Below the pieces are notes generated by a model. It was not told where the DNA came from. It worked only from the letters and a program-made list of their open reading frames with translations, and did no database searches. Below are positions 42,766-55,312 of a stretch of DNA of 64,000 nucleotides, one piece after another (positions within the stretch are counted from its first letter, which is position 1; each line of letters starts with the position of its first letter). This DNA is from the human T2T-CHM13v2.0 reference genome, Homo sapiens. Location: NCBI RefSeq assembly GCF_009914755.1, contig NC_060936.1; one strand, given 5' to 3'. The position numbers and the translations under genes are program-made.

Positions 42766-43377
42766 TGTATTTGTATTCTATTGCTGCCTTAACCAATTAC
42801 CATAAACTTAATTGGTATATAACAACCCAAATGTATTATCTCACTATTCTGTATACAGAAGTCCAGGTTGACTAGACTGTTTTTTTGGCTATGCATCTCC
42901 TAAGGCTGAAGTCAAGTTGTCAGCCAACTGGAGCGCTTATCTAGAGGCTCTGGAGAAAAATCTGCTTTCAAGCCTGTGCACATTGTTGGTAGAATTTGGT
43001 TCCTGGCAGATGTAGGGCTGATGTTCCTGCTTCCTTACTGTCAGCCAGGAATCCCTCTCAGCTCCTTGAGGTCCCTCTCCATCCTGCATACATAGCCCCC
43101 TACTTCTTATGGCTGGCAACAACACATCAACTCCTTCTCACACTTTGAACGTCAGTACTTCTGCTGCCGCACCTCCTCTGCTTCCAGCCAGAGAAAGTTA
43201 TCTGTTTCTGAGGGCTTATGTGATTAGGTTGTGCCCAACCAGATAATCCAGGATGATCTCTCTATTTTAAGATCTGTAACCTTAAATAAATCTGTAAAGT
43301 TCCTTTTGTCATGTTACATAACATAGTCACAGATTCCAGTATGAAGACATCTTGGAGATACCATTCTGTCTACCACA
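42766..43377 (-). mobile_element. MLT1E-family MaLR LTR
   Basis: TGTATT...CTATTGCTGCC...AAGGCTGAAGTCAAG...GATAATCCAGGATGATCTC...CCATTCTGTCTACCACA; ~610 bp. Confidence 0.82.
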
Positions 43378-43598
43378 ATTTCCAAAGAAAAACCCAATTT
43401 CTTATAGCAACAGATAAATCTAACCAGTCCCTGGCCCCTTACGTTAGAATAGAAACATTTACACTTTTATATTTTTTGATAAGAACAGCCATTAGTAATA
43501 CAACAAAATTTTCTGAGTGCCTACAATGTGGCCAACACTGTCTAGGCTTTGGGAATTCAAACATGAATAAGAAACAAAGTCCACTCTTAAGATACTCA

Positions 43599-44192
43599 CA
43601 CTTCTCAAAAGAAGACATTTATGCAGCCAAAAAACACATGAAGAAATGCTCATCATCACTGGCCATCAGAGAAATGCAAATCAAAACCACTATGAGATAT
43701 CATCTCACACCAGTTAGAATGGCAATCATTAAAAAGTCAGGAAACAACAGGTGCTGGAGAGGATGCGGAGAAATAGGAACACTTTTACACTGTTGGTGGG
43801 ACTGTAAACTAGTTCAACCATTGTGGAAGTCAGTGTGGCGATTCCTCAGGGATCTAGAACTAGAAATACCATTTGACCCAGCCATCCCATTACTGGGTAT
43901 ATACCCAAATGAGTATAAATCATGCTGCTATAAAGACACATGCACACGTATGTTTATTGCGGCACTATTCACAATAGCAAAGACTTGGAACCAACCCAAA
44001 TGTCCAACAATGATAGACTGGATTAAGAAAATGTGGCACATATACACCATGGAATACTATGCAGCCATAAAAAATGATGAGTTCATATCCTTTGTAGGGA
44101 CATGGATGAAATTGGAAACCATCATTCTCAGTAAACTATCGCAAGAACAAAAAACCAAACACCGCATATTCTCACTCATAGGTGGGAATTGA
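43599..44192 (+). pseudogene. Uninterrupted C-terminal 197 codons of L1 ORF2p, including the CX3CX7HX4C motif
   Basis: [21 protein letters not shown]...[18 protein letters not shown]...[10 protein letters not shown] matches the recalled L1HS ORF2p end; no native promoter or start. Confidence 0.93.
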
Positions 44193-44410
44193 ACAATGAG
44201 ATCACATGGACACAGGAAGGGGAATATCACACTCTGGGGACTGTGGTGGGATCGGGGGAGGGGGGAGGGATAGCATTGGGAGATATACCTAATGCTAGAT
44301 GACACATTAGTGGGTGCAGCGCACCAGCATGGCACATGTATACATATGTAACTAACCTGCACAATGTGCACATGTACCCTAAAACTTAGAGTATAATAAA
44401 AAAAAAAAAA
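43601..44410 (+). mobile_element. L1HS Ta-1, 5'-truncated (~0.8 kb)
   Basis: Ta diagnostics GATGACACATTAG (ACA) and ACTTAGAGTAT (G); Ta-1 diagnostic CCCAAATGAGTAT. Perfect 12-bp TSD AAGATACTCACA at 43589-43600 and 44411-44422; TT/AAGA nick site. Confidence 0.97.
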
Positions 44411-44727
44411 AAGATACTCACAATCTACCAAAGAGACAGAAAAATAAACATAAGATATGTTGAAAATGTAACTGAAGATAAACTCAAAAATTTTTTTAAA
44501 GCACAGTAGTATGGACCAATCCAGCCTTGGGCATGGGGCAAGTTTCTTAAAGGAGATAACACTGAATTGAATGTTCAAGGAAATCAGAAAGAACTAAGGG
44601 GCTGGGAAGAGGGAGAAGAGAGAAAAAGCCAGAAAAATATAAATATTTACATATACGTAAACACACATATTTTAAAATACAAAATATACAACTGAAAGCA
44701 GCAATTCTTCTCTTAAAAACAAACGTT

Positions 44728-44941
44728 GGCCGGGCACGGTGGCTCACGCCTGTAATCCCAGCACTTCAGGAGGCCGAGACGGGCAGATCAAGAGGTCAGG
44801 AGATCGAGACCATCCTGGCTAATACAGTGAAACCCCGTCTCTACCAAAAATACAAAAAATTAGCCGGGTGTGGTGGCCGGCACCTGTAGTCCCAACTACT
44901 CTGGAGGCTGAGGCAGGAGAATGGCGTGAACCTGGGAGGCG
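44728..44941 (+). mobile_element. AluY lacking its 3' ~70 nt and poly(A)
   Basis: GAGATCGAGACCATCCTGGCTAA and GAATGGCGTGAACC (Y-type); homology stops at GGGAGGCG|TTGTAGG. Confidence 0.93.
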
Positions 44942-45029
44942 TTGTAGGATTTTCTGGACAGGACAGAGTTCCTAGAGAATGGTATGAATATTAAAGAAAA
45001 GTGTAACTTCTCTAATAATTTGACAGCAT

Positions 45030-45270
45030 GTTGTATTCACACATGCTTCGAACATTTTCTAGATTCTTGCGTACATGCCATGTTATATTTCATCAGCCCT
45101 GTGAGATTAGAACAGCAGATATTGTTATTTCCATTTTATGGGTGTGAAATATAGAGTTCAGGGGAATTAGGGGTTTTATCGGAGATGACCCACTTGTCAC
45201 CTGATGGAGCTCAGCCAGAAACCAGGCCTTCCAGACTCCGTTAGAAAGTCCAGTACTTATTTCATTGTAG
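45030..45270 (-). mobile_element. MIR
   Basis: CAGCCCTGTGAG...TATTTCCATTTTATGGGTGTGAAAT...AAGTCCAGTACTT. Confidence 0.65.
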
Positions 45271-46834
45271 TGTCTAAGTTCTGTCCAAATTTATTAAGGT
45301 CATTGCTTCATTTTTAAATGCATGTGATATAATTATGGATTTATGAAATCACAGAAAAGAGACCAATTGATGCTTTTTGCCTTTGAGCTTATTGCACAAA
45401 GAGGAAGCAAAATTATATTCTCACTCAGACATTACTGCTTTGTTGATTTTCATGTTTCCCAAAAATGAATAATTTTTGTTGTTTTACACTATCATTAAAG
45501 AAAGAGAAGATCTGATCTGTGGAAGCATCGTGACTGTCGCAGGGAAGCCTCCTAGAGGAACATGTGGGCTATTGATATTCTCTCCTCAAGCCGGAAGCTG
45601 TCTCCAGAGATCCATGAGAAACACGGAATCACAACAAAGACTGGAAAACAAATTGATAGAATCAGAGATGGCTGCAGACCCGTGAATAGCTTTTCATGCT
45701 GTCGCTGTTTCAGTTTAGATTCAGACTTTAGTTTTGCAAATTGATGGGGGAAAAAAATCTAGTTTTATCTCAGCATTTTACTTTCCAGTTAAAGACCAAA
45801 GTGTAGGCTTCTACATTCAAAATGGTTCCTTTTTGTTGCTTTGTTAAAAAAATCACAAAGCGCCTTTAATTTTTTCCCCCGAAAGAGGCCCATATATTAC
45901 ATTGCAATATTGGGAGCAAGCTCAAAAAAGAATATGACTTTCTTTGTACAGAGGTTTTAATATTTTCATAAAGATCCTCTCTTCAACTCCTCAAGCATTT
46001 GCCTTTCATTTTGTTTTATTGAATTAGGCTGCAAAGCACTCGAGCGTGAAGCTCTTTGTCATCTCTAACCAGGCTTACATTGATTCCACGTATCCGTGTG
46101 CCTAGTCGGGGTTTATTAATCTATACATCTATTCCACTGAAAAAGAGAATTCTCTAACTTATTATGTAAAAGGATAAACCACCTCCACAACCCATTTGCA
46201 TGCAGGTATGCTTAAAAGTAGATTTGTTTCCTCAGACTGAGAGCTGGCTTCTTTAACAGCATTAAACCAAGGGAAAAATGAAATTATATTATGATTTCTC
46301 ATGGTGGATTATAGTACAACCATGACAAAAGCAGGCCAATAATTCCTTTTCTATTTCTTTAAATATAAACACATTGTAATATAAAGAGCTATAGACCAAT
46401 ATAAGCGAGACTCTGCATGCACATACCCTCAAAAATGCAAATCACACTGTTAATTCACCACCTGTTACTCATTCGGGTCAGAGTGCCCCCAGCCAAAGCA
46501 GAGGATTTGCTGAGGCAGCCAATGGCTTTATCCAAGTGGCCAAACAACTTGTTTTCCTCCTAAATATGACTCCCCCCAAACAATGAAGAGTGAAATGTAT
46601 AAAATGGGCAGCAAAATAATCAAGAATTTCAGAGTCAGAAGATCGTGGCTGTTGTTTGTAACATGTTGTCAGCTTAACTTCTGTTCAATGTTTTTATATT
46701 TGAAGCAGGATAACTAAATAATATGTGCTGATGGCCCTTCCCTTAGTCACAGAAAGTTTTTAGGTATTTCTTAAGCTCCTCCTTCACCTGATTTTGATTC
46801 AGAGGCAAATTCTCTACTACAAAGGACAGGTATC

Positions 46835-47520
46835 TGATTCATCCATTCTATAGATATGTGTTTAAATGAACTAAATGTTTGTGATTCCCCAAAATTTTTA
46901 TGTTGTAATCCTAATCCCCAATGTCAAGGTATCAGAGATGGGGCCTGTGGAGGTCACTTGGTCATGAGGGTGGAGCCCTCATAAATAGGACTAGTGCACT
47001 TACAAAAGGGATTCCAGAGAGCTAGCTTGCCATCTTTCCAATGTGTGAGAATATAATGAGAAGACAGCCATCTCTGAACGAGGAAGTGGCCCTCAGCAGA
47101 CACCAAATCTTCCAGCACCGTGACCTTGAACTTCCCAACTCCCAGAACTGCAAGAAATAAAGGTCTGTTGTTTAAGCAACCCAGTCTATGATGACTTCTT
47201 ACAGCAGCCTGAATTGATGAAGACGTTTATTGAATGCCTCCTCTGTGCCAGGTCCTAGTCTGGGTGCTCAGAGTATGGTGATGAACAAGCCAGATGAGAT
47301 CCCTGTTGCCATGGCAGATGGACTGCAAACACGTAAATGACTTAGAAAACTTTAAACACAGTAAGTTCTATGAAGAAAATTCACCATTACAATGTGAAGA
47401 CAATGGCTGATGGAGCAACATTACATGGGGTAGTCAGCAAAGATCTAAACTGAGACCTGAATGACAAGAGTCAATCAAAGGGGGGAAGTTGTCTAGGCAA
47501 GACAACAGCAACAGCCTTAA
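46835..47520 (-). mobile_element. L2, split by MLT1A0
   Basis: ATTCATCCATTC...[LTR]...TTTATTGAATGCCTCCTCTGTGCCAGG...GATGAACAAG...TGAGACCTGAATGACAAG. Confidence 0.72.
46862..47225 (+). mobile_element. MLT1A0 MaLR solo LTR
   Basis: AATGTTTGTG..CCCCAAAATT...GGTCATGAGGGTGGAGCCCTCAT...CAGCAGCCTGAATTGATGAAGAC. Confidence 0.88.
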
Positions 47521-48001
47521 TGGTGTCTTCACTGCTTGCATATGTCGTGTATATGAACATTCTTTTGTGCCTCCTTCCCTGCAGAACACATTTCTCAGAT
47601 TCTTCTGAATGTGTACATTGGTATTCCACCTCTCTATGGCATCTTCATCTCTAACTCTTCCTTCATCCTTCCCAACACGAGGAAATGCCTTCCCACAAAT
47701 ACTATTTTGAACCCTTTTCTTATCCTGTTATCAGTCCTTCTCTAGGTTGTTTTAATCTAACATTGAAATATATATTGGTTAAAACCAAGAATTTTTTTAT
47801 TACTTGAATTTTTCAAAAAATAAACAAGCTTCAGTAACAACCATGTATTCCCGTCCCACAGTCACAAACTGGATAACTTGATTTTTTTGCCCTTTACCCC
47901 CAGCATGTGTAAATGAGGGATTGCTTCACCTACCCTATGTAGCTACCATTTCTCCACCTCAAAGATACAAAACTGTAGGCCTCTAATCATAGAAAATCTT
48001 G

Positions 48002-48385
48002 TGAATCAGTCTCTTCTCACACTGCTATAAAGAACTGCCTGAGACTGGGTAATTTAGAAAGGAAAGAGGTTTAATTGACTCATAGTTTTGCATGGCTGGG
48101 AAGGCCTCAGGAAACTTATAATCATGGCAGAAGCAAAGGGGAAGCAGGGCACCTTCTTCACAAGGCCGCAGGAGGGAGAATGAACTCAGGAGGAACTACC
48201 AAACACATAAAACCAACAGATCTCGTGAGAACTAACTCACTGTCATGAGAACAACATGGGGGAAACTGCCCCCATGATTCAATTACCTCCACCTGGTCTC
48301 TGCCTTCATATGTGGGGATTATGGGGATTATGGGGACTATAATTCAAGATGAGATTTTAGGTGGTGACACAGCCAAACTATATCA
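48002..48385 (-). mobile_element. THE1D-like MaLR solo LTR
   Basis: CTGCTATAAAGAACTGCCTGAGACTGGGTAATTTA...GGGGATTATGGGG...ACACAGCCAAACTATATCA; near-TSD TCTTG/CCTTG. Confidence 0.9.
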
Positions 48386-49134
48386 CCTTGTTTACATTTT
48401 ACACATAACTAAAATTTTCCTGCTTTTTGCAAATGCGTTCCATCTCTCAGTTTGATTTCTTTAATTGGCCCCATATCTTAAAGGGGCTCTGTTCAACATT
48501 TGGTATTTGATAGATCCCATGGGTCTTTTTTGCTGACAATGATGCTGCCAGCTCCAAGGCTTTTTATAGACAGATGCATATGTGTCCCTAATTGATTTGT
48601 TTCTTAATGGGAATTCGATGAGAAAAGTTCTCAGATATTCTAAAACATTAATCATAAAATAAGTCCCTGTCCCAGAATTGTGCTCAAAACCTTAAGTCAT
48701 TTTAAGATGTGTTGGCTGGGGTGTGAATTTTGTCCATCCTTATATTTGTTGAATATAAAAATCAATAACACCACTACTCTGCACATTTATCTAATGTAAT
48801 AATCAATATCAATACCTTTCCTGATATTTACTTAATATAATAATCAATAACAATACTGTTTGTTTATTTGATGCCATTGACCAGGGTAGAAGACCAAAGG
48901 TATGTGCCTTAACTACCCTATGTACCTTCACACTGGGCCATCTACTGCTAACATCTCTTCTTTGTCCTACTTCCCACTCTCCAGACCTGAGCAGAACATC
49001 ATCCTACTTCTCTTTGCTCTGGAAGGTGATGGTCAGTATATTGACATTTTGGAGGAGGCAGCCAGCATTGATGGAACCTCTGTCTACATTATCCTAGGTA
49101 CTGTGAGGGAAACAAATATAATATAATTCACCTC

Positions 49135-49564
49135 TATATTTGTTAGAGTAACACTAGCTACTACCCTGAGAAGCCCCAAGACCCTGGTGGCTTAATACAT
49201 GGTAAGTTGGTAAGTTGGTTGCTTATCCTCTAACAGTATAATGTAATTATTCCTGGTTGGTGGAATATTTTCATATAATACTTCAGAGACCTAAGCCCCT
49301 TCCATCTTGCAGATTTGCCCTTGCCTAAATCCCTCAAACCTCTACATTCAGCCAGCATATGGGAAAAGAACATAGAGGACCATGTGTAGGATATTTTAAT
49401 GTCAGACTTGGAAGTAGTGTTCATCACTTCTGCTTATATTGCTTCAGTTAGAACTCAGTCTCATGGTCACATCTAACTGCAAGGCAAAGCATTCTGAGGA
49501 CATGGTCTAACTATACTCCCAAAAAGAGGAATGAATTTGAACAGTTAGTCAGTCTCTGCCACTA
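49135..49564 (-). mobile_element. MLT1I/MLT1J-like MaLR LTR
   Basis: GGAAGTAGTGTTCATCACTTCTGCT...AGAACTCAGTC..ATGGTCACATCTAACTGCAAGG...AGTCTCTGCCAC. Confidence 0.72.
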
Positions 49565-50849
49565 TCCCATCCTTGAGTTGCTTATAATTCAAAGAGGAAG
49601 ACAAGATGAAGGATTGTACACATAATAAGTGAGGGATCACTAGAGGCAGAATTAGTCAGTGAAAACTTTCTAAGGAGAGACTTTTAAAATGGGTAGAATA
49701 AGGAGATAAACATAAAGAGTCATCCCATGAAGTAAAACAATGCGGTATGAGCAAAATTATAGGTAGAAATAGGCAAACATTGGCAGGGGAATGTGAAGAG
49801 GTCATTTTGACAGGTGCACAGAGTCAATGCCAGGAAGCAGAGAGCAACGTACCTGGCTAAGGAGAATAGGATGAAACTACCCCAACTAAGACCACTGACT
49901 CCTCCACCTCGAACCTGTGTTTGCATTGCACTAGAATTCTGCTGGTCCACTCAAAGGTACTTTACCACCTTTTTCTAAGTAATCGCTAAATCTCAGCTGA
50001 CATTTCAAGTCTGAGTGGAAAATGTAAGCATTACCCAGAGAATGTCCCTCACTAATTTTGAATTTTTCAAAGAACAAATGAAAAGTAAGTGACAGATTAT
50101 AAGAAACTGGTATAACCTAAATAACCATTACATTTGTGAATCAAACCACAAGTCTTCTTGATACAATGAAGCTAATAAGTCACTGACAACCACATGCTCC
50201 AGTCAAAGATATATATAGGAGTAGATAATTAAATGTCTTGGCCAGGGACATGGAGTTACAGCAAAATCAAAGTAGAAATAAGATGCAATAGTTCTTTCCT
50301 TGGTTCAACCTCTAAATACCTAAAGAATTAGGAGGACCACAGCTACAATCCAATCCACCCAACAAATTCAGAAGTTCCTAAAGGTTAATTCAAATGTGGT
50401 CCCAAGGAAAGTCCTTGTAGGTGCGTATTTCTGGACCTTCTTATAAGGACTCTTGTTGCCATGGGAACATACCTCTCCCCAATCTGTACTGATGTTCCAA
50501 TGTGCTCAAATACTCACCTTATTGAAATGAGAACTACATCAACTCCAATATATTTCATACACAAATTAGGACTGTCCTGTCCCCCTGTAGAAATTTTAGG
50601 ACAAATCCCTTTCAGGGATTTTGAATAATTTTGAAAATCCAAAGAAAGCTATGGCTCCTGTCACTCCCTCAACCCCCTAGGTAAATACACATAAGCATAC
50701 AGAAGGTAATTCAATTATATGTAAGGGAAGCATTCCTGAGAACCTATTATAACTTAAAATCCCTATTTTTCAGCACCAATTTCCCTTAGGAACACCATAG
50801 ACTCCTGTGAGGCAGCACAACACTCTACAAAGACTATCTGCTTCCTGTA

Positions 50850-50985
50850 ACAACTCAAATTTCCCAATTTTGCAGATAAGGAAAATGATGCATAGAGAGT
50901 TTAAGCAACTTCTTACCATCACCCACCTCAAGGAACTGACAGAGTAGACCTGGAAGTCATGCAGTCTATCTCCAAAGACCTTGGA
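50850..50985 (-). mobile_element. MIR fragment
   Basis: ATTTTGCAGATAAGGAAAATGATGCATAGAGAGTTTAAGCAACTT. Confidence 0.7.
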
Positions 50986-52269
50986 CATACATATAACCAA
51001 AGTGAGATGCTGCCCCCACTCCCATCCCTCTTCTAGTAATATATCCTTTCTACCAAAAAAAAAAAAAAAAACCGAAAAGGAAAAGAACCTATTCTATCTT
51101 ACTTCCAAAAACTTAAGAGTGGGACCAAATACTGTGCCTCCTCTCTCCCAAACTCAATCCAGGCTACTTATTTTTATTCTTGTGCTAATTATTAAACCAA
51201 CAACCTGGATATCCCATTATTTCTTCATTTTTAACCTCCTTGAGTTTCAGGCCTTACATTCAAGACAAAGCCCTCCTGGACTTAGTATTGTTTTACACTC
51301 TCCAAACACTGTCACTGGAACAGCAGTATTCTTCTCTTAATTTGTTGCAACTCTGGAGTCCCTAAGGTTCGCTGCCAGACATCTCACTGATTGGAGAAAG
51401 AAAGACTATAATCAAAGCTCTTTCTGTCCAAGTTAATAAAGATCTTCTTTCATTTTTAATTTAAATTTCCTCTTCTTGGTTTTATATGAGGCAAAAGCTC
51501 AGGGTCATATCAAATTAAATTGAGAAACTTAAATGTTTTGATTGATTTTAGCTTATTTTCTGAAATCTTAAGCAATCCAATATCCCACACTTGATTAGGT
51601 CAACTGTCATGTAATTCAAAATAAACCTAAACATTATTTAACACTTTTTAAATTTAATCCAGAAGCATAGGTGTTAAAAGATATGTTTATCAAGAGTTCC
51701 CTTCCCTGACCTCTTCAGAGAGGCACTGTGGCTGATCAGAGCCTTTATATATTATTCCAGACTGTATATTTAGCTCCAACCACAAGAGGAGGCTTGAGAT
51801 GATTTTCACCCACCATTATTTCTGTCAGCACTTCTCAATATACTCCAAATAAACACATATTCTAAGTAAAACACTGTTATTACTGTTAACCACAATTTAA
51901 AGACCATACCATATTTCCATCAGCCTATCTCCAAGTTATTCCAAATAAACATGCAAATATAGTAAAAGTACTATGTTTGCTATGCAAATTGCAGATACAA
52001 CTTTAAGACAGATTCTTTAACAGCCTCTACCCACCTTCCAGATAGAAATTTTAAAGTTCTCATTAGTGCCAAACACTCTCAATAGCAACTCTATGGCTTA
52101 TTTTCACATTTTTCTGAACTAAAAGGATTGAATGTGTGACCTGAATTCACATTATTTAAGTGGCATGAGAATGTTTGTAGCCAAGAAACTAACATTAAAA
52201 CAGTTTCAGAGCCATGGAAAAACACAGAGCCCTAGCAAAGACTTAGGCAACAGTCCCTAATAGAGGTGC

Positions 52270-53825
52270 CTCTTCAACTCATGGCACAAACAAGCCTTCC
52301 CCAGGAGACAAAGCCAACTGACGATGAGCTCATAATCCAAAATTGTAAAACACACAGGGAAACCCAAAGCCCTGAGAAAGCAAGTGTCATAAAGGGGGAA
52401 TTTATAGCTGGGAAAAATTAAGATAATTGAACAATCTAAAATGAAATCTTGAAAATAAGTACATTAATAATGTCCCACAAGATAAATAAAGTATTAACAA
52501 GACAAGACCAAGGTGCTTTAGAAAAAGAACAGGCAGACTTGAGAAAGAAAAATCTAAACAAAACAAAATTTTTAGAAATGAAGACTGCTATGTCCCCCCA
52601 AAATCCAATGTTGAAATCCCAACCTCCAAGGTGATAGTATTAGGAGGTAGAGCCTTTGGGAAGTGATTAGGTCATGAGGGCTCTGGACCCCATGAATGGG
52701 ATTAGTTCCTTATAAAACAGATCTGAGAAAGCTCCCTTGCCCCTTCTGCCATGTGGGGACACAGCGAAAAGATAGCAGTCTTTGAACTAGGCATTGAGTG
52801 CTCACCAGTCACTAAATCTGCCTCCTTCTTGATCTTAGACATCTCAGTCTCCAGAAGTGTAAGAAATAAATTTCTGTTGTTTAGAAACCACCCAGTTTAT
52901 GATATTGTTTTATAGCAGCTCAATCAGATTAAGACAAAAACCATGGTCATTTAAATAATCGATTGATGACTTAAACTATACACTAGACATAACAGAAAAG
53001 GAAATTAGTGATCTGAAAGGTAAAGAGGTAAGGCAATCACCAAAAATTTGGGGAAGGAAATAGTTAAGAAACACAAAGGATAGAATGAGAAGCTTTAGCA
53101 TACATATAATAGGGTTTCGTAAAGAGAGATAATGTCTTTAGAGAGAGACAATATTCAAAGAGATGACGGTGAAATGTTTCCTGAAATGAATAAAGGCATA
53201 AATCATTAGATTTTAAAGGGCATAGTGAGTTCTTAGCAGAACTTTTTAAAAAACATGCATCATAGTGAAACTGTAGAGAAACAAAAGTAAAGACAATTTT
53301 TAAAACTACCTGGGAGAAATGACTGTTTACCTACAAATAAACTACAATCAGACTAACAGCAGACTTGTAATCAGCAGAAACACCTGTCAGAAGACAAAGC
53401 ATAAACATTTTAAATGTGTTCAGTAAAAATAACTGTCAACCTAGAATTCTCTACCCTGTGAAACTAATAAGTGAGAGTAAAAAAAAAGACATTTTTAGGC
53501 ATACAAAGAATAAGGAAGTTTGCTATTTATAGACATGCTCCCTGCCCTACCACACTAGGAAAGAACAACTAAAAACTGAATTTGAGCAAAAAGCAAAAAA
53601 GCAACAATGGAGTGGGATACAAGAAGTAATGGTGGGAAAAAAAATCTATTTTTATTTGCAAATCTGAATAAATATAGGCTCCATAAAATAATAACCACAG
53701 TAACTAATTTTGAAAGGTAATCTAATAACACAGTAGAGCTAAAACATGAGAACAATATATAGAAGATGACATTTTGTTCAGAGAAAAATTAAAGCATTCT
53801 AAGTTTCTTGCCTTTTTTCAGGAAA
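52270..53825 (+). mobile_element. Ancient L1ME/HAL1-type ORF1 region, interrupted by MLT1A0
   Basis: TAGACATAACAGAA...AATTAGTGATCTGAAAG, ATCAGACTAACAGCAGACTT and AATAACTGTCAACCTAGAATTCT are L1 ORF1 motifs. Confidence 0.7.
52586..52936 (+). mobile_element. MLT1A0 MaLR solo LTR
   Basis: TGCTATG...GGTGATAGTATTAGGAGG...AGAAATAAATTTCTGTTGTTT...TAAGACA; near-TSD AAGAC/AAAAC. Confidence 0.9.
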
Positions 53826-54999
53826 ACTGTCGGGGGGTAATAAGCCAAGTTGGGTTATAGATGGGGAAATGTATTTAAGATTTATTTTTTTCTAAAGCTT
53901 CTGACAATAAAATCATACTTTTCTCAAACAAGATTAATACCAACTGCTTGAAGGGCATTTTTCAAATAATATTCTTCCCATTGGAAGAGATTAGGATTTT
54001 TCAAGAAATTGAAAGAGAATTGCTTATGTCCAGAAATGAGGAAAGTTAACCTGTTTCCTCCTTACCTGTTTATGAGCCAGTTCCAACAGAATTAATTGTG
54101 CTATTCAGTTTCCAAGATTAATATTTGGTTTTATCAGTGACCCAAACTCTAAAATTCTGTATCAAAATAAAATAATCTCAGTATTTTCATGTACTTTACA
54201 AATTCAAAACATGTATATATATATTTGCCCTAAGAATTGCAAGTCCTAAAAGCCCTCAAGAATGGCATCTCTCATATTCACCTAAAAAATTTATCAAGTA
54301 CTCCTTTCACTTTTCCTGGGGGAAAATCTACAGAAATAATAATTATTGATTGTTATTTATGAATTAAATAATTCATCAGAATCAGCACTGCCCTAACACC
54401 AATGAAGTCTACTCTCACCTGAGAAAAATATGTGCATCTGTAAAATGATATTCTAGGGGCTTATTGCATTAACTACCACTGCCTCAAAGAATCATTTGTA
54501 TGTAAACACAAGTTACTAAAAATTTAATTTTGCTTTTTCTTTTGGTGCTTTTGAGAGACTAAATTGCAACTCACAAAGACAGTTATTAAGGTCCGAATAA
54601 AAAAGGTTTAGATTAAAAATATCATGTTCACATTCAAGAATCATTGTAATCGGTCCATTAAACAGCAGCATTGCAGTGGAGCCTATATTTTTGTTTGCTT
54701 CATTACTTAAAACTAGATAGCAGTGATTAGCTATGTTACAGTGGTTAAAGAGTTTATTGTTTGCTGATGTTGAAAGTTAGCTTTGTATCAATTTGTTGAA
54801 AATTTATTCTATTTATTTAATATTGATTAACTGATAGATGATTGTTTGAATTCGTTGTATTTATATCAAGTTTTTAGAAAGGAAAGTTAGAAATATTACA
54901 ATGAGGAGGGTGATTGTATTAGTCAAGATAGAGTGGGTTATGAGCAAGAACAAATAATCTGAACCTCTTGACAACAAGGGTTTTTCTCTTCCTTTTAGA

Positions 55000-55312
55000 A
55001 GTATCAATTGCTGGTTGGCTGTGGATCTGCTGCCCATCAGCTTCACTCTAAGATCTAGAATGATGCAACAACCTCTAACTCAGACAAAACAGGTTTCCAG
55101 AGCAGGGTGGGAAAAAAGCATATGGCAAACCATGAGATGGCTCTACAAGCTTATGCTGGAAGTGCCACATATCACCTCTGTTCTTATTTTATTGGCCAAA
55201 GCAAGTCACCAGGACAAGCCTAAGCTCAACAGGAAAGAAACGTATCATCCTCCCACAGGGAGGGAATCACAAGGAGAAGCATGAAAATATATGGTACACA
55301 GAACACACCATA
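55000..55312 (-). mobile_element. MLT1H/I-like MaLR LTR fragment
   Basis: ATTGGCCAAAGCAAGTCAC..GG.CAAGCCTAA..TCAA...TCCTCCCACAGGGAGGG. Confidence 0.68.

Larger units (their letters stand above)
43497..44580 (-). mobile_element. L2 3' fragment, split by the L1HS insertion
   Basis: CAACAAAATTTTCTGAGTGCCTACAATGTG...CTAGGC...ATGAATAAGA before the L1 and CTCACAATCTA...GAGACAGA...TAAACA after it form one antisense L2. Confidence 0.65.
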
